Positions 44,705-58,627 of a DNA stretch of 64,000 bases are shown in pieces. Both the position numbers and the translations under genes were made by a program. A model generated the notes under the pieces. The model was not told where the DNA came from. It saw nothing but the letters and a program-made list of their open reading frames with translations, and searched no databases. The DNA lies in NCBI GenBank assembly GCA_000320545.1, contig ADNK01003243.1, positions 1 through 64,000 of the forward strand. Reading direction: 5' to 3'. Numbering within the stretch: the first letter of the stretch is position 1; each line of letters begins with the position of its first letter. Source of the stretch: Bigelowiella natans CCMP2755. Its lineage: Eukaryota; Protista; Cercozoa.

Positions 44705-45293
44705 CCGGGGCTTTATCCTGTATGAAAGTATAATGTTCTGTCTGACGTATCGATTGCAACTACGGAACAGTGGATTTGAATTGCGCTTAGTTATGTAGAA
44801 ATTAATAAACAGTTAGCAGTGCCATAAAATTACGCACATGCCCGGATGTCTTCTCTTTTCCTATCACGGGTAATGGAGGACCATGGCCGAAGGAGCAACA
44901 ACTGGAGGAGGCGACTGATAGAGGTACACACTATGCTCCATTTTGCAACCTACGACATAAAATCTCGATATGACTCATGGTGTAAATGGCATTGGTTTTC
45001 AACCATATCAATGGTAGGACTTAGGAGGCAAATGGCCTGTATTTCACAATAATATTGTACGTATTATTATTTTTATCATCTACCGTAATTCGGAACACTG
45101 CCAACAAGCACGTGGCACCCATAATGACTAACTGCACGTGCTAATCCGATGATGATCCAACCCCATTGATATCATTCGAACAGTGTCAGCTACATGTGTT
45201 GCGCTGTACTTTTCAACGCAACATATGCTCGCCATGCACAAGGCGAGAGATGAATGAAGCAGGGCGAAGATTCTCCGCCACCGACTATCAATC

Positions 45294-48200
45294 ATGATGG
45301 TCCGACTAGTCATCATCTCCCTGCCAGTCTTCCTCCTCTTCTTCACTATTTTTGCAAGAATGGCCATCATCTCCAATGCGAGAGGATATGACAATTCGCT
45401 TGGTGGTATTAGAGGATTGTCAAAACTCATCGAGGAACAAACACCGTATGATGACTAATTGTGTACCCCATTTGCAATCTTCAAGGGATTGCATATTGCG
45501 TGTGTTTGGGTGTATGTGTTTCTTTCTGTGTAGGAACATAAATACATACTTTGCAATCGTAGTATGTACTCACATTACACATTGTCGTGTCGAACCTGCA
45601 CTACTCCTCCTCCTTAACAGTCGGGCCATAGTACGACCGATCGAGTTGCAGGACTACTCTGGCAGAAGGATTGCTATTGACGGGAATATGGCTTTGTACC
45701 AATTTCTGACTGCAATTCGAACGGTACGTACACAGAGAATGGAAACATAGGCATCTGACGACATATTCAATAGACGACGACGGCAACGACGACCATCACC
45801 GATTATATTCTGATGTATGATGATCAGCGACGGCCGAAAGTAGGCATATTATCACAACACCTTCGAAGCTATCGTTCAGGAAATGTCACTTCACATTTAC
45901 TTGGATTGTTTACAAGCACCATTGCGCTTCTCAATGAGGGGGTGGGTGATTGAGTTTGCAGTATCAAGCAGCTGCATGATAGACAGTAGACTATACTGTA
46001 ATCTAGTAGTAGCAGCGAAACAGACAGAACCCATCATGTGTACACACACACTAATTCAGGTGGAGATCATCTACGTATTTGATGGAAGGTTTCATCCATT
46101 CAAAAGACATATTCTCAATCAGAGAATGATGAGAAAACGACTTGCTACGGAAAGAATGGAGTAATGTTTCTCCATTGCTTCCAATCTTTCTCTGGGTTTT
46201 GAATATTGTACTGTAATTAGAACTGCGAGAGCTGAAGCGTTCAGTCTCAGTTGCAAGATGGAAGAATTAAAAAATAGAAAGAGGAAAGCAGTAACCAACA
46301 TCATGTGTCCCTCTCCTCTTCCCGCTACAACTTCCATCCCTCTTCTTGTTTCTGATCCTATGCTAAGCTTCCCTGCAACTTCATTATCATCCTTATCTAT
46401 GAAGCAGCAGGTATCACTATACATGTGTGTACGCATACATTATGCAGCGATAACTCGCTCAGTTGACAATCATCGCCATTTTCAGCGACTAAACATCGTA
46501 ATGAAGATCCTTTATTGATTCAATTTACTCCTACTAATGTGGTTGGAATTGTTGGATATATATCATATATCTTATGTCAGGAATCTGGGGTTGGAGGATG
46601 GCCGCTACTGCTATATACAACAGTAGGCTCTTCTAACAAAGACGTTGCACCCAACACAGTTCTAGACAGAAGTCATAATCCTCTTTGTCCACTCCTGTTA
46701 AGCTACAACGAAAAGGAAGATAATATTTTTGACGAAGGAGGTGGAAGAGTACATCTAGAAAACAACACTGCAACTTATCACCACGACCAGCAGAAGCAGA
46801 AGGTACATTTTGTGACCAGAAATGTATTATTATGCACAACAAACTATTCTCGTTCCGACGAAGATAGTAGAGAGGAGGATGAAAATAGTAGGAATCTTTT
46901 CTCTACTCAGAAGCAGGATTTAAATACAGTAGCAATAGAAAAAGAAGACCAAATAGCTACTACTGCTCCAATAGAATACCATTGTGACGTCGTCGGTAGT
47001 GCCATGAGGAAGGAGGGTGGTACGACTGAAGACAAAGAAGAAGGACAAGAAGAACAAGAAGAAGCTCGAGCTGAGGAAATCCTAAAGACAATAGAACAAC
47101 AGCGGCGACAGACCGTGCGTGTTAGTAGGTAGAAGAGATTTTGGCTACAAAATATGTCTAATTATTTTATTCCTAAATCATCCTACTTAATCTCTTCTAT
47201 TGTTGCCAATCGCTTAATATTTTCCTGCCTCTCTATATTACTCGTATTAGATGAAATAAAATTTTTTGATCTTCCTCTTCTTCCTCCTCTCCTCTCCTCT
47301 CCCGCCATTCGGTCATGATGATTCACCTATGCCGTATGTCTGTTTGTTCTTCATGCTACATATTAGTCACATGGTTGCAGAGTCTATTCAACTTCTGAAA
47401 TTAATGGGAGTTCCAGTGCTACGAGCTCCTGGGGAGGCTGAAATCCAATGTGCAGCAATGGCACGTCAGGGTATTGTACATGCTGTTGCTACCGAAGATC
47501 TTGATGCAGTAGTGGCTGGTGCCCCACGTGTACTGCGCGGAATCATAGGGGGGTCACAGGATCCTTCAGCATCATCTCAGGCTGATGCTATTAAACGCAG
47601 CAGTCGACGAGGTCGACAACGACATAATAAGGTACTATTTTTGAATTTATACCGTGATGAAACTCAAGTTGAGATTAGCATGATTGTATATAGGATATTA
47701 AATTCATTGGTGTTACATTTTATTTGCGAATAATAATGACAGATGAATGAGGTGGTTCTCGAGACAATGTTATCAGATCTGAACATTACTTTCGAGCAAT
47801 TGACAGATTTGGCTACAATAGTTGGATCAGGCATGATGATGGACACAATATCTCGTCGTTGTCGTCGTCGTCGTCTATACTAATTGGGCATGTGTTAACA
47901 GCGTTCAATAAACTTCATCGATTCAAATAGTAATGAAATGTGTGTCACCAGATTACTGCGATGGAATTCCAGGGGTTGGTCCAAAGAAGGCTATCAAGTT
48001 GTTGAGACAGCATGGAAGCTTGGAGTCATATTTAAAAGCAGTTTTCAAGAAAACCACCGACCAAACCAAGCGTGCAAACATTGCTTTCGATCCGAATCAC
48101 TTGCTTCGTGTTCGCAATCTGGTATATTTTACAAAGATGGGATGTAAATTATGTATTCAAATTCGACTACGTTGACAATCGAGATTATCCTTTTTCATTG

Positions 48201-48480
48201 CAGTTCGCACACCCCAATGTTGAGACGACATCTTTGGATCGAGTGCGCTGGAGAAAGAAGCCTGATGAAAAGGGATTAATTAAGTTTTTAGTAGAGGAAA
48301 GAGGTTTCAATTCGAAGCGAGTTCAGACAGGAATCCAAACTTTGAAAGTTACGATGCAGAAAGAGGTCACAAGGACATTCAATCTATCACTTTCTCTGAT
48401 TTTAGTTAGAGTGTCGATCGCCCAATTTCTAGGTCCAAACTAGGCTGGACTCATACTTCTTGCAGCAATCCAGCTCCTGA
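45294..48480 (+). CDS. FEN1: Flap endonuclease 1 homolog with N-terminal signal peptide, long internal spacer and C-terminal PIP box (~11 exons)
   Basis: GIRGLSKLIEEQTP|RAIVRPIELQDYSGRRIAIDGNMALYQFLTAIR, TSHLLGLF, YVFDG, LLKLMGVPVLRAPGEAEIQCA...ATEDLD, GS|DYCDGIPGVGPKKAIKLL, PDEKGLIKFLVEERGFNSKRV, QTRLDSYF; stop 48478-48480. Confidence 0.93.
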
Positions 48481-48957
48481 AGCTAGTGGGCTGGATGATC
48501 CCAAACATCTGCGAACTAGCCAAGTGGACACAAAGGTAAAGTAGGTATGAGGATGGGCAGGAACGAGTGTAGCATGCATCCACCGCATGTAATCTAGGTA
48601 ATATCGTTATGTGTGGGTACAAATGTCACTGATTGTGTACGCACCTACCATGACTTCCAGACACTGCATGTCTTGTGGCTCGAGATCAGATCATCAGGAC
48701 AACTAGTGGTGACGAAGCGTCGGTCTGGTGTGCCAGATCTATGTGCGCGTGCGATGTCTTGCTATATATTGCGCTACTGCGCTGACTGACAAAGTAAACT
48801 GCTCAAGCGTTGCGCGCGCTCGTGACGACGCCGCACAGCGTTAAAGCAGGCTGCTGATGCAGTGCGCCATAGTCCGTCACACGACACATGCATGATCGAA
48901 CAACGCAATGGTCTAGCGCTAGAGCGGTGCGTAATCACAGCTCAGTTGTTCTACAAG

Positions 48958-48988
<31 letters not shown>

Positions 48989-49050
48989 GATAGGAAGTGC
49001 ACGACAGATCTAGACATGACAACTCTAGAACTGGGCAAGCTAACAAGGTG

Positions 49051-49080
<30 letters not shown>

Positions 49081-49081
<1 letters not shown>

Positions 49082-49214
49082 TCTGCTTCTGCTGCTGGTG
49101 GTGATAAGGTGTGGTGTTGTTTTCTAGATGTGCTCTTCCACCTTCTTCGTCAACAACATCATCTTCCTTTTCGATGCGACGTACAGGAGTAGACAAAGAG
49201 GATTATGACTTCTG
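49081..49214 (-). repeat. Inverted, diverged copy of FEN1 spacer exon sequence 46667-46802
   Basis: Reverse complement reads cagaagtcataatcctctttgtc...gaaaaggaagat...catctagaaaacaacac...cagcagaagcagaa, aligning with 46667-46802 at roughly 80-85% identity (peptides EKEDDVVDEEGGRAHLENNT vs EKEDNIFDEGGGRVHLENNT). Confidence 0.9.
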
Positions 49215-49824
49215 CTAGGTCAGCTGCCTACGTACTTGTAGGGCGCGATGCAGACCGTAGGGGCGCAAGGCGCGGCACCCGTGCCACGCATGCACAAAAT
49301 AAAGAGGTTATTGTCTACATTTGCATGTGTGCCCTAGTCATGCGGCATGAGTGTGCTTCATGCACATGCGAAAGCATCCATATATCCATGTCGTGTCGTC
49401 ATGCAATAATGCCACGCAGCAAGCAGTGTATAAGTGCGTGCGTGCACTAGTGCGATCGGATCATTGTAGCGTGATGTAATTGTAATGATTGTACGCTGTA
49501 TGTATGTATGTAGCCGCTTAACCGCGAGCACAAATAGCTGCATTAGAGCTACCATTGGCGCAGCTTTTATTCGCACATCGCCAGATCGCCATCGATCGTG
49601 ATGTACAGGTTCATGGGTGTAGTAATTATCCTAAATGTGTGTGTGTGTAGTGTGTAGTGTGTAGCGAGTGTGTGTGTGTGTGGCAAACAAAATTCAACAT
49701 GTGTTTAAACAAGTAACGACCAAATACGTACATTGCAACGCGTGTCGCTGCTCAGAATACATTTTGTTTCGCTGTATTTCATTATGCAAGCATATGCTTC
49801 TGGGATAAGATATCCTGTCATAAT

Positions 49825-52800
49825 TTAACGAAGCATGTTCGAAACAGCATTAAGAGCTTTTTGCGCTAAAGCTAGATCCTGAGATTTTGCTGCCCCGACC
49901 ATCTTTACACCATTCACTGTAAGTTCGATGAGGACTGGAGACCCATTGAATTTCAATGAAAAATATAAATGTGTATTTCCATTTGATGGTCTAGAGGCTA
50001 CGAAGAAAACATTCGTAGAGCGGAGGGTAGCTTTGATTCCTTCAGGGTCGCTGATGCTTATTGCTGGGAGTTTAACCTCTGCTTCCTGTGCGGGTAGATT
50101 CTTCCACATACTGAGATATCCTGATTGATTAAGCTGTCCATCTTCGCCGAATAGAGTTTCATATCCCAGATTCGCCGCAAAGTATAGAACCCCAACTTTA
50201 GTTTTAAGAGCAATTTGAATCACCCCTTCTGCCATATCTTTATTCGCTGCCTCAGGTTTCAACAACATTTTATGCGATGCTCCTCCTATGCCACCAGGCG
50301 AAATGGGTGACACTTGTACTCTTGCGCTTGCTGGTGAAAGTCCGACAAAGTTTTTGTTAACTTTTATTGCAAATTGGTCCAGGATAACACTGCTTGAGTT
50401 TTGAAACCGCATCTCCAGGTATATATCGCCATTCTTACGAGAAAATCCAGCTTTGATAGCTAATCCTTTACCTTTTTGTGCATTTAATACAAGAGGAAGA
50501 GAAGCTTTCGCAGTCGCAGCAGAAGTAGCGGAAGTGTTAACAACCGCAGGAACAGTAGCCGCGGACGCACCACTATCATTGTCCCCCATCAGGTCCAAAA
50601 TGTTTATTGTTGCGGCTGCAGGCTGAGGTGTTGAGACAGGCGTCGAAACTGCTGCTGCTCTGTTTGCCTTTATCTTAGATTTTCTTTCTTTCACCTCTTC
50701 TTCTTCCTCCTCTTCCTCATCCTCATCTTCGTCTTCATCCTCGTCCTCGTCCTCATCTTCATCCTCATCCGAATCATCGTCAGCCACATCACGCCTCGAG
50801 TGGCCTTTTAACTCGAAACTTTGTTTCCCATCCTTGATGAAGAGCTCCGGAGGCTTGTGGTAAACTGATGCTAATGTTGCCAAATTCGAAATAAGGACCT
50901 TCAATACTGAAGGATCAATTTTGCCGGTATCATCTGCCATCTTCGGTTTTTCTGATAGAATCACCTTCTGAGCAACCTTTGCATCAGTAGCAAGCATACG
51001 CCAGTAAACGTAAGCTCTGTCTCTAAGGTCGGGATTTCCGATTACACTAGATGCTCTCTTTAAGAGGCCTTGTACCATGTCCTTACCATCATCGGGGCGT
51101 TTCAAGAAGAGTTTGACGGTTGAGGTTAGGAGAGACAATTGACAATCTGGGTCCATATCCTCAAATCTGTCAATACATCCTTCTATGTACTCAGGAGCAT
51201 CTTCAATAATTGTCGCATACTCCCCTAGGATCCATATCATTGCTGCTAGTGGTTTTTCCTCATCGTATCCTTCCACTCCATGCTTGCAGACAATATCAAC
51301 CACTTTTTCGAATCTATTAGGGTACTTCCGAAGGATATCTGCCATTACTGAGACCGAGTTTTGCGCTACATAGCCCACAATCCTATCTTTCCCATCCCCT
51401 TCACCTCCTGGGTTTGCCTTGACAAAGTCCAGCAGAACCCTCATACATTTCCTTGCTGCCCCGTCTAATTTGACGGCCACGCGTCCAATTGTCGCTATGG
51501 ACTTTCGAACAAAAGTCTCATCCACCTCGTTACCGTACGCCCTGAGTTCCATCAAGATCTTCTCATAGTTTTCATTATTTGCGATCCGTGCCATAATTTC
51601 CAACTTTTCCAATTTGACATAGAGTGGATCGTTATATTTTACGAAGAAGTGACGGACATGCTTGTCAAGAAGATGTCTCTCTTTCTGCAGAATGAGGTTT
51701 ATGTTGCGCAGTGCAATGTACTGCAACTCAGGTTTGTCCCCTGAAAGGATCGTGATCAGAGGATTAGGAATTTTCTCTCGTAGAACATAAGTACGCATGC
51801 TGTTGTTCTCGACAACGTCAAGGTATTTTATGATAACTTTAACAGCTGAAAGGGCAACTGCAGAATTGGCGTGAATTAATCTGGGAACTACTCGCTCAAT
51901 TACAGTTTCTGCCTGTTTTGCCGTAGGATTATATTTTGAAAGACAATCGAGGATGGAAACCTGACCCCATTCCGTGCATTCATTCATTGCAGCAAGAAGT
52001 TTATTCAGCATATCAGGAGTAATTTTAAACACGTCCTTCGATGTAGATTCAGCAATTTCGGCTAGAGCAGCAACAGCATTGGCCACTACCATTGCGTTAT
52101 GATCAGAGATGAGGGAACGAAGAGTTTTCAAAAACCCGTGCTCCTCCACAGCATCAGGGGAGATATCATACAGTTTGGCCACGCAAACTGCCGCAGTTTT
52201 TCGCACATAAGGATCTGAGTCCTTTAATCCCTCGCTGAGGGAAGTACAGAAATAGTCTACTACATTTGGTAGTCGAATGCATCCAATGGTGCGAATAACA
52301 AGAGCCCTGATGAGGGGACTTCGATGTTTGGCATCCTTAGTGAAGCTGTTCACAGAAAGGAGAACCTACAAAACATGTACTCTGTAAATACATTGTACTG
52401 ACTATTAAGTTCTGATATGAGGATTGGTGTTGATTTTCAAGATTACAGGTTTTATCGCGTTTGTCTTACCGTCTTGGGATTATTTCGGGCGTACGTAATG
52501 ATGTAAAGGTAAACCTAAGGTAGGAAAAAGTCCTTCATAACTATGCATTGATTGTTACGTCATCAATGGCACTTACCAGCTTCTTGAGCTCAACATCTTG
52601 AGTCATCATGCGTTTTAAAACATCTGGAAAAAGAGAAGATACGTCTTTTCCAACCGTCATGGAAGCGATGACTTTCTTCACAGCATCCTTGGCTACACTG
52701 TCCTTCATCGAGTTCAGCTCGGATTTGAGCTCAGCGATTTCCCCCTTCTTTGTTGTACTGAAGTAGCGGCTGTCATTTCCAGGTCCCTTCTTCTCCTTTT

Positions 52801-52846
52801 TGACCTTCTTGCTACGTTTCCCTCTTTTAGAGGAGGAGGAAGACAT
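49825..52846 (-). CDS. AP1B1: AP-1/AP-2 complex beta subunit (beta-adaptin), 3 exons
   Basis: [22 protein letters not shown]...[23 protein letters not shown]...ELKKL|VYLYIITYA..|VNSFTKD...[10 protein letters not shown]...[17 protein letters not shown]...[13 protein letters not shown]...[11 protein letters not shown]; acidic hinge, clathrin-box-like ILDLM, appendage domain. Confidence 0.96.
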
Positions 52847-54001
52847 TTTTGGAAGAATCTACAGAGAGTTCCTGGCTCGAGGGGGGAAGATGCTTCGTGA
52901 AAATCGAGGAGCGAATTTTGGTTCAGTATCTTATGAATAACTTGGATTCCTATTCTCATATGAAATATCCTTAAACAATGAACTGCGACCTGCCAAAAAT
53001 TCCATTATGACTTAATATTCACAAACCCATGCGACCGAAGAAATGTGTTTCTAGTTCTGCTGATCTGGAATTCAACATCGGCCCACCTCATTCCTCTCTC
53101 AGTAAATCCGGCACTAACCCCAAGCTACCACGTGGTTTCTAATACAATTTTTAAATTCCCCTTCGAAGACGGGATTTAAAAGATTCACAGAAATCCCCGG
53201 GTCTCAATTTTCAGAGTTTATGGTACAAATTAGTTTCAACTATATATGTATTTTAGCGCTCAGATCAAGTTAGAATGATGTCGTTATTGTCAATTGTAAT
53301 GTAAGTTTATTATTCGATCATTCACAAGTTATATTCGAAATCCAAATATTTTTCTGATTGCGCGAAAGTCTTGTATCTCCAAAAAAAATTATCGATTGAT
53401 CCAGCAAGCGACGGACGTTCCAATCGGCACTAGAATTAGCTGATGGAAATCCCCTCTTTTTCCTTCCTCGTTCGCCAAGAATATATTGTCGTAAAATGGG
53501 TATTAAAATTTGATGATTATCGCGAGTGAGTTCAGACACAGGATTCGAGGCTGAAAGTGGATTCATTGGGGAGGGCAGTGAGGAAGGATATGTAATCTTT
53601 TTTTACGACTTGAAAATAATGTTGACGTAGGACATTTTAACATTGCATACATGTCGTATTGATTAGTTTCATCATCATCATCGTTGCATGTGCGACAACT
53701 CAAGCTGGTAGCTCGTAATAGCCAGCACACGGATTGATTGACTGACGCACGCCACCCTAACGAAGCAATCGTAATAATTATGATTTCCCTCCCCAGATAA
53801 TTCCCCTCCCCTACGATTATTGATTCAATTCAACGATCTCGAAAATTTCATCCATTTTACAACGTGTGTATTTTCCTTGTCTTCACAATGTGCATGTAAT
53901 GTCAGAAACGAACTAATGATTTTCTTCTGTTTGCCGTTATATTGCTTTCGATTTCAGTGGGTAGATCTTGTTGCAGTACAGAAAGGCTAGCAGAAGTTAA
54001 A

Positions 54002-54703
54002 ATGACCTCTGTCCTTAGCTGGGTCAATAAACAGGTTGAAATATTACCCCACTGAGAGTTACACGGGTTGTGCAAGATTGTGAACACCTCTACCCCACGA
54101 CCTGCGCCCCTCCAGAAATGTCCGAAATGTGTGGGTTTTAGAGAGGGGAGAAGAAAGGAGAAATTACGGGTACAGGCTTGACATGCTGTTCGAAATTAGG
54201 TTGCAAATGCACAAAGCGCGGTAAAACAAGCCGTTCAGCAGGTAAAAGTTGAACGTGTTATTTTTCTGGCGAACATAAACGCTACAAATTAATTATGTCA
54301 TTTATTAAAGGAGGAAATACCCATTAATGGCTCTCGCGTACGGATACTGAAAGAACTTGGGTCTGGTGGATATGCTTTCGTTTACTTGGTGAGCTAAGTC
54401 ATAAATGCAATGAATAACAACGGATCGCTCTTTCGACTCGAGAATTTAAGAATACTACCATCTCCTGCCACGCAATTTTCATTCAATTCTCTATACTGTG
54501 CTTGATATGTTTTTTTGCTGTGATTCATCCATAACAAAAATCATCGCAATTAGTAATTATTATTATTATTTGATGGTTCTCAGGTGGAGGATATTCACAC
54601 TGGTAAGAAATATGCCCTGAAGAAAATGACGGCAGGAGATAGCGAAACTAAGCAAGTTGCGAAGATGGAGGTAGAAACTTATAATATATAAGTTATATAT
54701 ATA

Positions 54704-54783
<80 letters not shown>

Positions 54784-55543
54784 TATCGATGAATTGAACC
54801 AGTATGTGGATACCCAAAATTACTCACAATCACACTAAATTAGATCAAAATTATGCGTTCCTACAAAAAAGCTCCCAATTTGGTCCGGGTAAGTTACTCA
54901 GAAACCAACACTATCATGTCTTGATTGTTGGTGTTCTGGGTGCGGGACACACACACACATATAACATACACATACATGACATATTTTTTATGTAATATAC
55001 ACATATGAGAGGGAGAGAGTGAGAGAGAATATAAAAAGTGCACGTACTCGTGAGAGTGAAGTTATTGACTTGAATTCTCTTTTCCATATCAACGTGGTAT
55101 TATCACAGTATTACAACTCGTGCATGAAGCAAATACCAGGAAGGAGGATGACAGAGTACTACATCCTGATGGAGGTGATAATGATGGTCATGATAGTTGT
55201 TAGAATAAATGAATCAATGAATCATAGAGTGCTCGCCTTAAGTGTTTCTCCTCCTCCCCGTGGCAGTGAGTGGGTAGTCACGTCACAAATGCTGGAATAT
55301 TGACTCAACTACTGCACTCTCAGCTCTGTAGCCGTGGTGCTCTTTTGGACGAAATCACGGAGAGAATCGAACACGATCGTTATTACTCGGAAAGGCAAAT
55401 TATCAGGATGTTTCGCCAGGTTCTTTGATTTACAATGATGAATGTAATATAAATATAGGTAGATTTTCCATTTTATCGCTATGTATCACTTTGTAAACCA
55501 GAATATCAAAATTTTCCCCTCCCCCCCCGCCCCACTCTCCCCG

Positions 55544-55576
<33 letters not shown>

Positions 55577-57414
55577 GACATGTGTTGCGGTCAAATGGTT
55601 TCACACCCGGAAACCCCCTATTCAACATCGGGACCTTAAAATTGAAAACTTGCTTGTAACTGCTGATGGCACTTTGAAGCTATGCGACTTCGGATCTTGC
55701 ACGCAAATTTCTAAAAAGTGAGGAATATGTGTGTGTGTGTGTGTGTGTGTGTGTATAATTTTTCATTTTTCGAATATGTGCGAATTAATCTCAGAGTGCA
55801 CAATGTATCATTAGTATCGTTGAGAGATAGGCTAGGAAATTAGGAGTGGACCAACAACGGCTATGACAAAATAATGGATATAGTGATAATGGTGATGATA
55901 ATTATCGACTCCTCATGGTATCGTGATTTCTTTGTTGGCAGATATACAACACGATCTGAAATTCTTCAAGAGGAAGAGAGAATTCAAAAATACACCACTA
56001 ATTGCTACATGGCTCCTGAAATGGCAGATTTATATAAGCACGAGGTAGTATGCACAGCATCGTTATACACTCTCTATCTCCTCCTCCTCCTCCTCCTCCT
56101 CCTCCTGCTGCTGCTGCTGCTATATCGAACGATGTAATATTCAACAATCGATGATTCATCATAGGTTATCTCCGAGAAAGTAGATATCTGGGCTCTTGGT
56201 TGTATTTTATTTGTAATGGCGTTCTTTGAACATCCATTCCAAGAGAAAGTAAGATTGTCTCGTCATTGCACCACTAAAGCAGTAGTAGCAACATTAGCGT
56301 GGCGTTATAAATTGATGATAAGTTGTAAACTCATCGCAGTTTTCACCAATCGTTAGTTTAGTAATATATGCAGTGCGTTATCAATCTTCTCTTTCTTTTT
56401 CGCATCGTCACAAATAATAATAACAATAATAATAAAAATAATAATAATAATAAGTAATTACTGTCATCATCAATATTCGTCGTCCGTTGTCGATCGATTA
56501 GCAACTATCAACTCCTTGTTCTGACAAAAACAAGGAGTTGTTTGTATCATCATCATCACCATCATCATGCATTCATAATAGGGGACCCTGGCTATAATGA
56601 ATTGCGCATATACTATTCCATCAAAGCATAAATACTCAACTGTCCTCCTAGACATGATCAAGGTAGAAAGATAGAGAAAAGCAGAGTGCAATAATTCGTA
56701 GCGAGAATTAGTGGTGAATCACCTTCTTATTAATGTAAATAATCTGCAGACGAGGAATGTAATTTACAATAGATGTACAACAGTTTCGTGCAGTCGTCGC
56801 CGTTGTCGTCGCTAACTCTGTAGATACTACGTTGTGATCTTTGTTATTGGTGTTGCTACTACTACTACTACTACTACTACTACTGCTGCTGCTGCTGGTG
56901 GTGCTGGTGGTGCTGGTGGTGGTACTCCGGCTGTCCTCCTTTCCTTCCTTTCTGCTGTGATTTTTAGAATCTTTTGACTGCAAAGCCAAAGAGACGACCT
57001 GATATTCATAAGGTGGTGGTGCTGTTGTTTTTGCTGATGAGGCGATGATGACTTCAAAATACAATGAGAGTGTTTCTGTCAGTCAAATTCTAGAAGTCCT
57101 GCTAGTTGTAATTATTGTTATAGAATCGACTGTAAAAGGTGGAGGAGCAGTGATTCCTGAACTGATGTTATCTTGTCCCTGAACAACTGCTTACTGCTGA
57201 ACAAATGTTATCTTGTCCCTGAACAACTACTTACTGATGCTGCTGCACAAACCATCAATACGCCACGACCATAAGTTTTTTATTCATTTCCTCTTGAATT
57301 TATCTTCGTTGTTTAGTGTTTGGATATGGTTGATGCTTGGGAACGGTTTCTTGATACTGGTAAGAAACCAGACTTCAAATCGCTGGGGAGAAAACAGCAG
57401 CACCCTGGTTGTAT

Positions 57415-57445
<31 letters not shown>

Positions 57446-57972
57446 TTTTGGATTATGAGCTCGGAAATCTTTCTCATCGTTGCAAAAAGTTATCATTGTC
57501 ATTTTTACACGACATACTATAAAAATATAAAGTTTCTGGTTCTGAAGAGAGCGATGAGGATTCGGAAGACATAGAGGAGCGAAAGGTTGTGATATTTGTC
57601 GTAGTAGTACGTTTGAGTGATTATACGGAGAGTATGATGATGATGATGATCATTGATACTGCGCCCCTGTATACTTACCTTTGAACTCTAGATAAGCTAC
57701 CAAACCTTCTCCTGAAGAAGTAGCTGCTAATCCTGATAAATTTGATTAATGATAAAATCAATTGCGATTTACTTTCATCAAATTCCATACTTTTTATCTT
57801 TACATTGATATTACTTAGAAGAGGAAGGCCGCCAAGAAGCATAAGAAGAAAATGGAGAAGAAAAAGAAAAGGGTACGGAAGATTACAACGACCTCTCCAC
57901 CTATTGTTCTTTCCTCATTTCCTTCCCCCTATGGTTTCCTTGTCCCCTCTCCTATCTCCTCCTCACCTGCAT

Positions 57973-58023
<51 letters not shown>

Positions 58024-58587
58024 TGCCTCCTCAAAACACAGCAGCAGCAGCAGCAGCAGCCCACGCACGCACAATGCCATGTAGTACCATATGAAGCTCC
58101 TCTACGTTTTCTCCGAACAACACTTTATTTTTTATGTTCCTTCACACTGTGATGGCAATGCTGTCCCGCGAAGGAGATGGAGAAGAAAGCTAAAGAATCT
58201 CAACGAAGGTTGTAGTGCATAGTAGTGGTAGAAAGAAAGAAAGAAGAAGAAGAAGAAGATGATGATATCGTTTGGAAGAATGCACTAATTTTAAGTAAAC
58301 ATAAGAAGAAAGAGGAGGGATTCACTTTCCATTTTAGATGGATGAAAGAGAGAGGAAGAAAGATGGCTAAATTGTGAAAGGAGGAGTAGGAGGAGGAGGA
58401 GGAGGAGGAGGAGGAGGAGGAGGAGGAGAAGGGAGAGGAGGAGGGGACGAAGATCCAGTAGTAGTAGCAGCAGCAGCAACAACTATAGCAGTAGCGCATA
58501 ACAGTGCGAGCACCCCCCCCCCGACTCCTTTGTTCCTCATTCCTTCCTCTCCCTCCACTTTCGCTATCTTTAATCGCCACACCGGTG

Positions 58588-58627
<40 letters not shown>

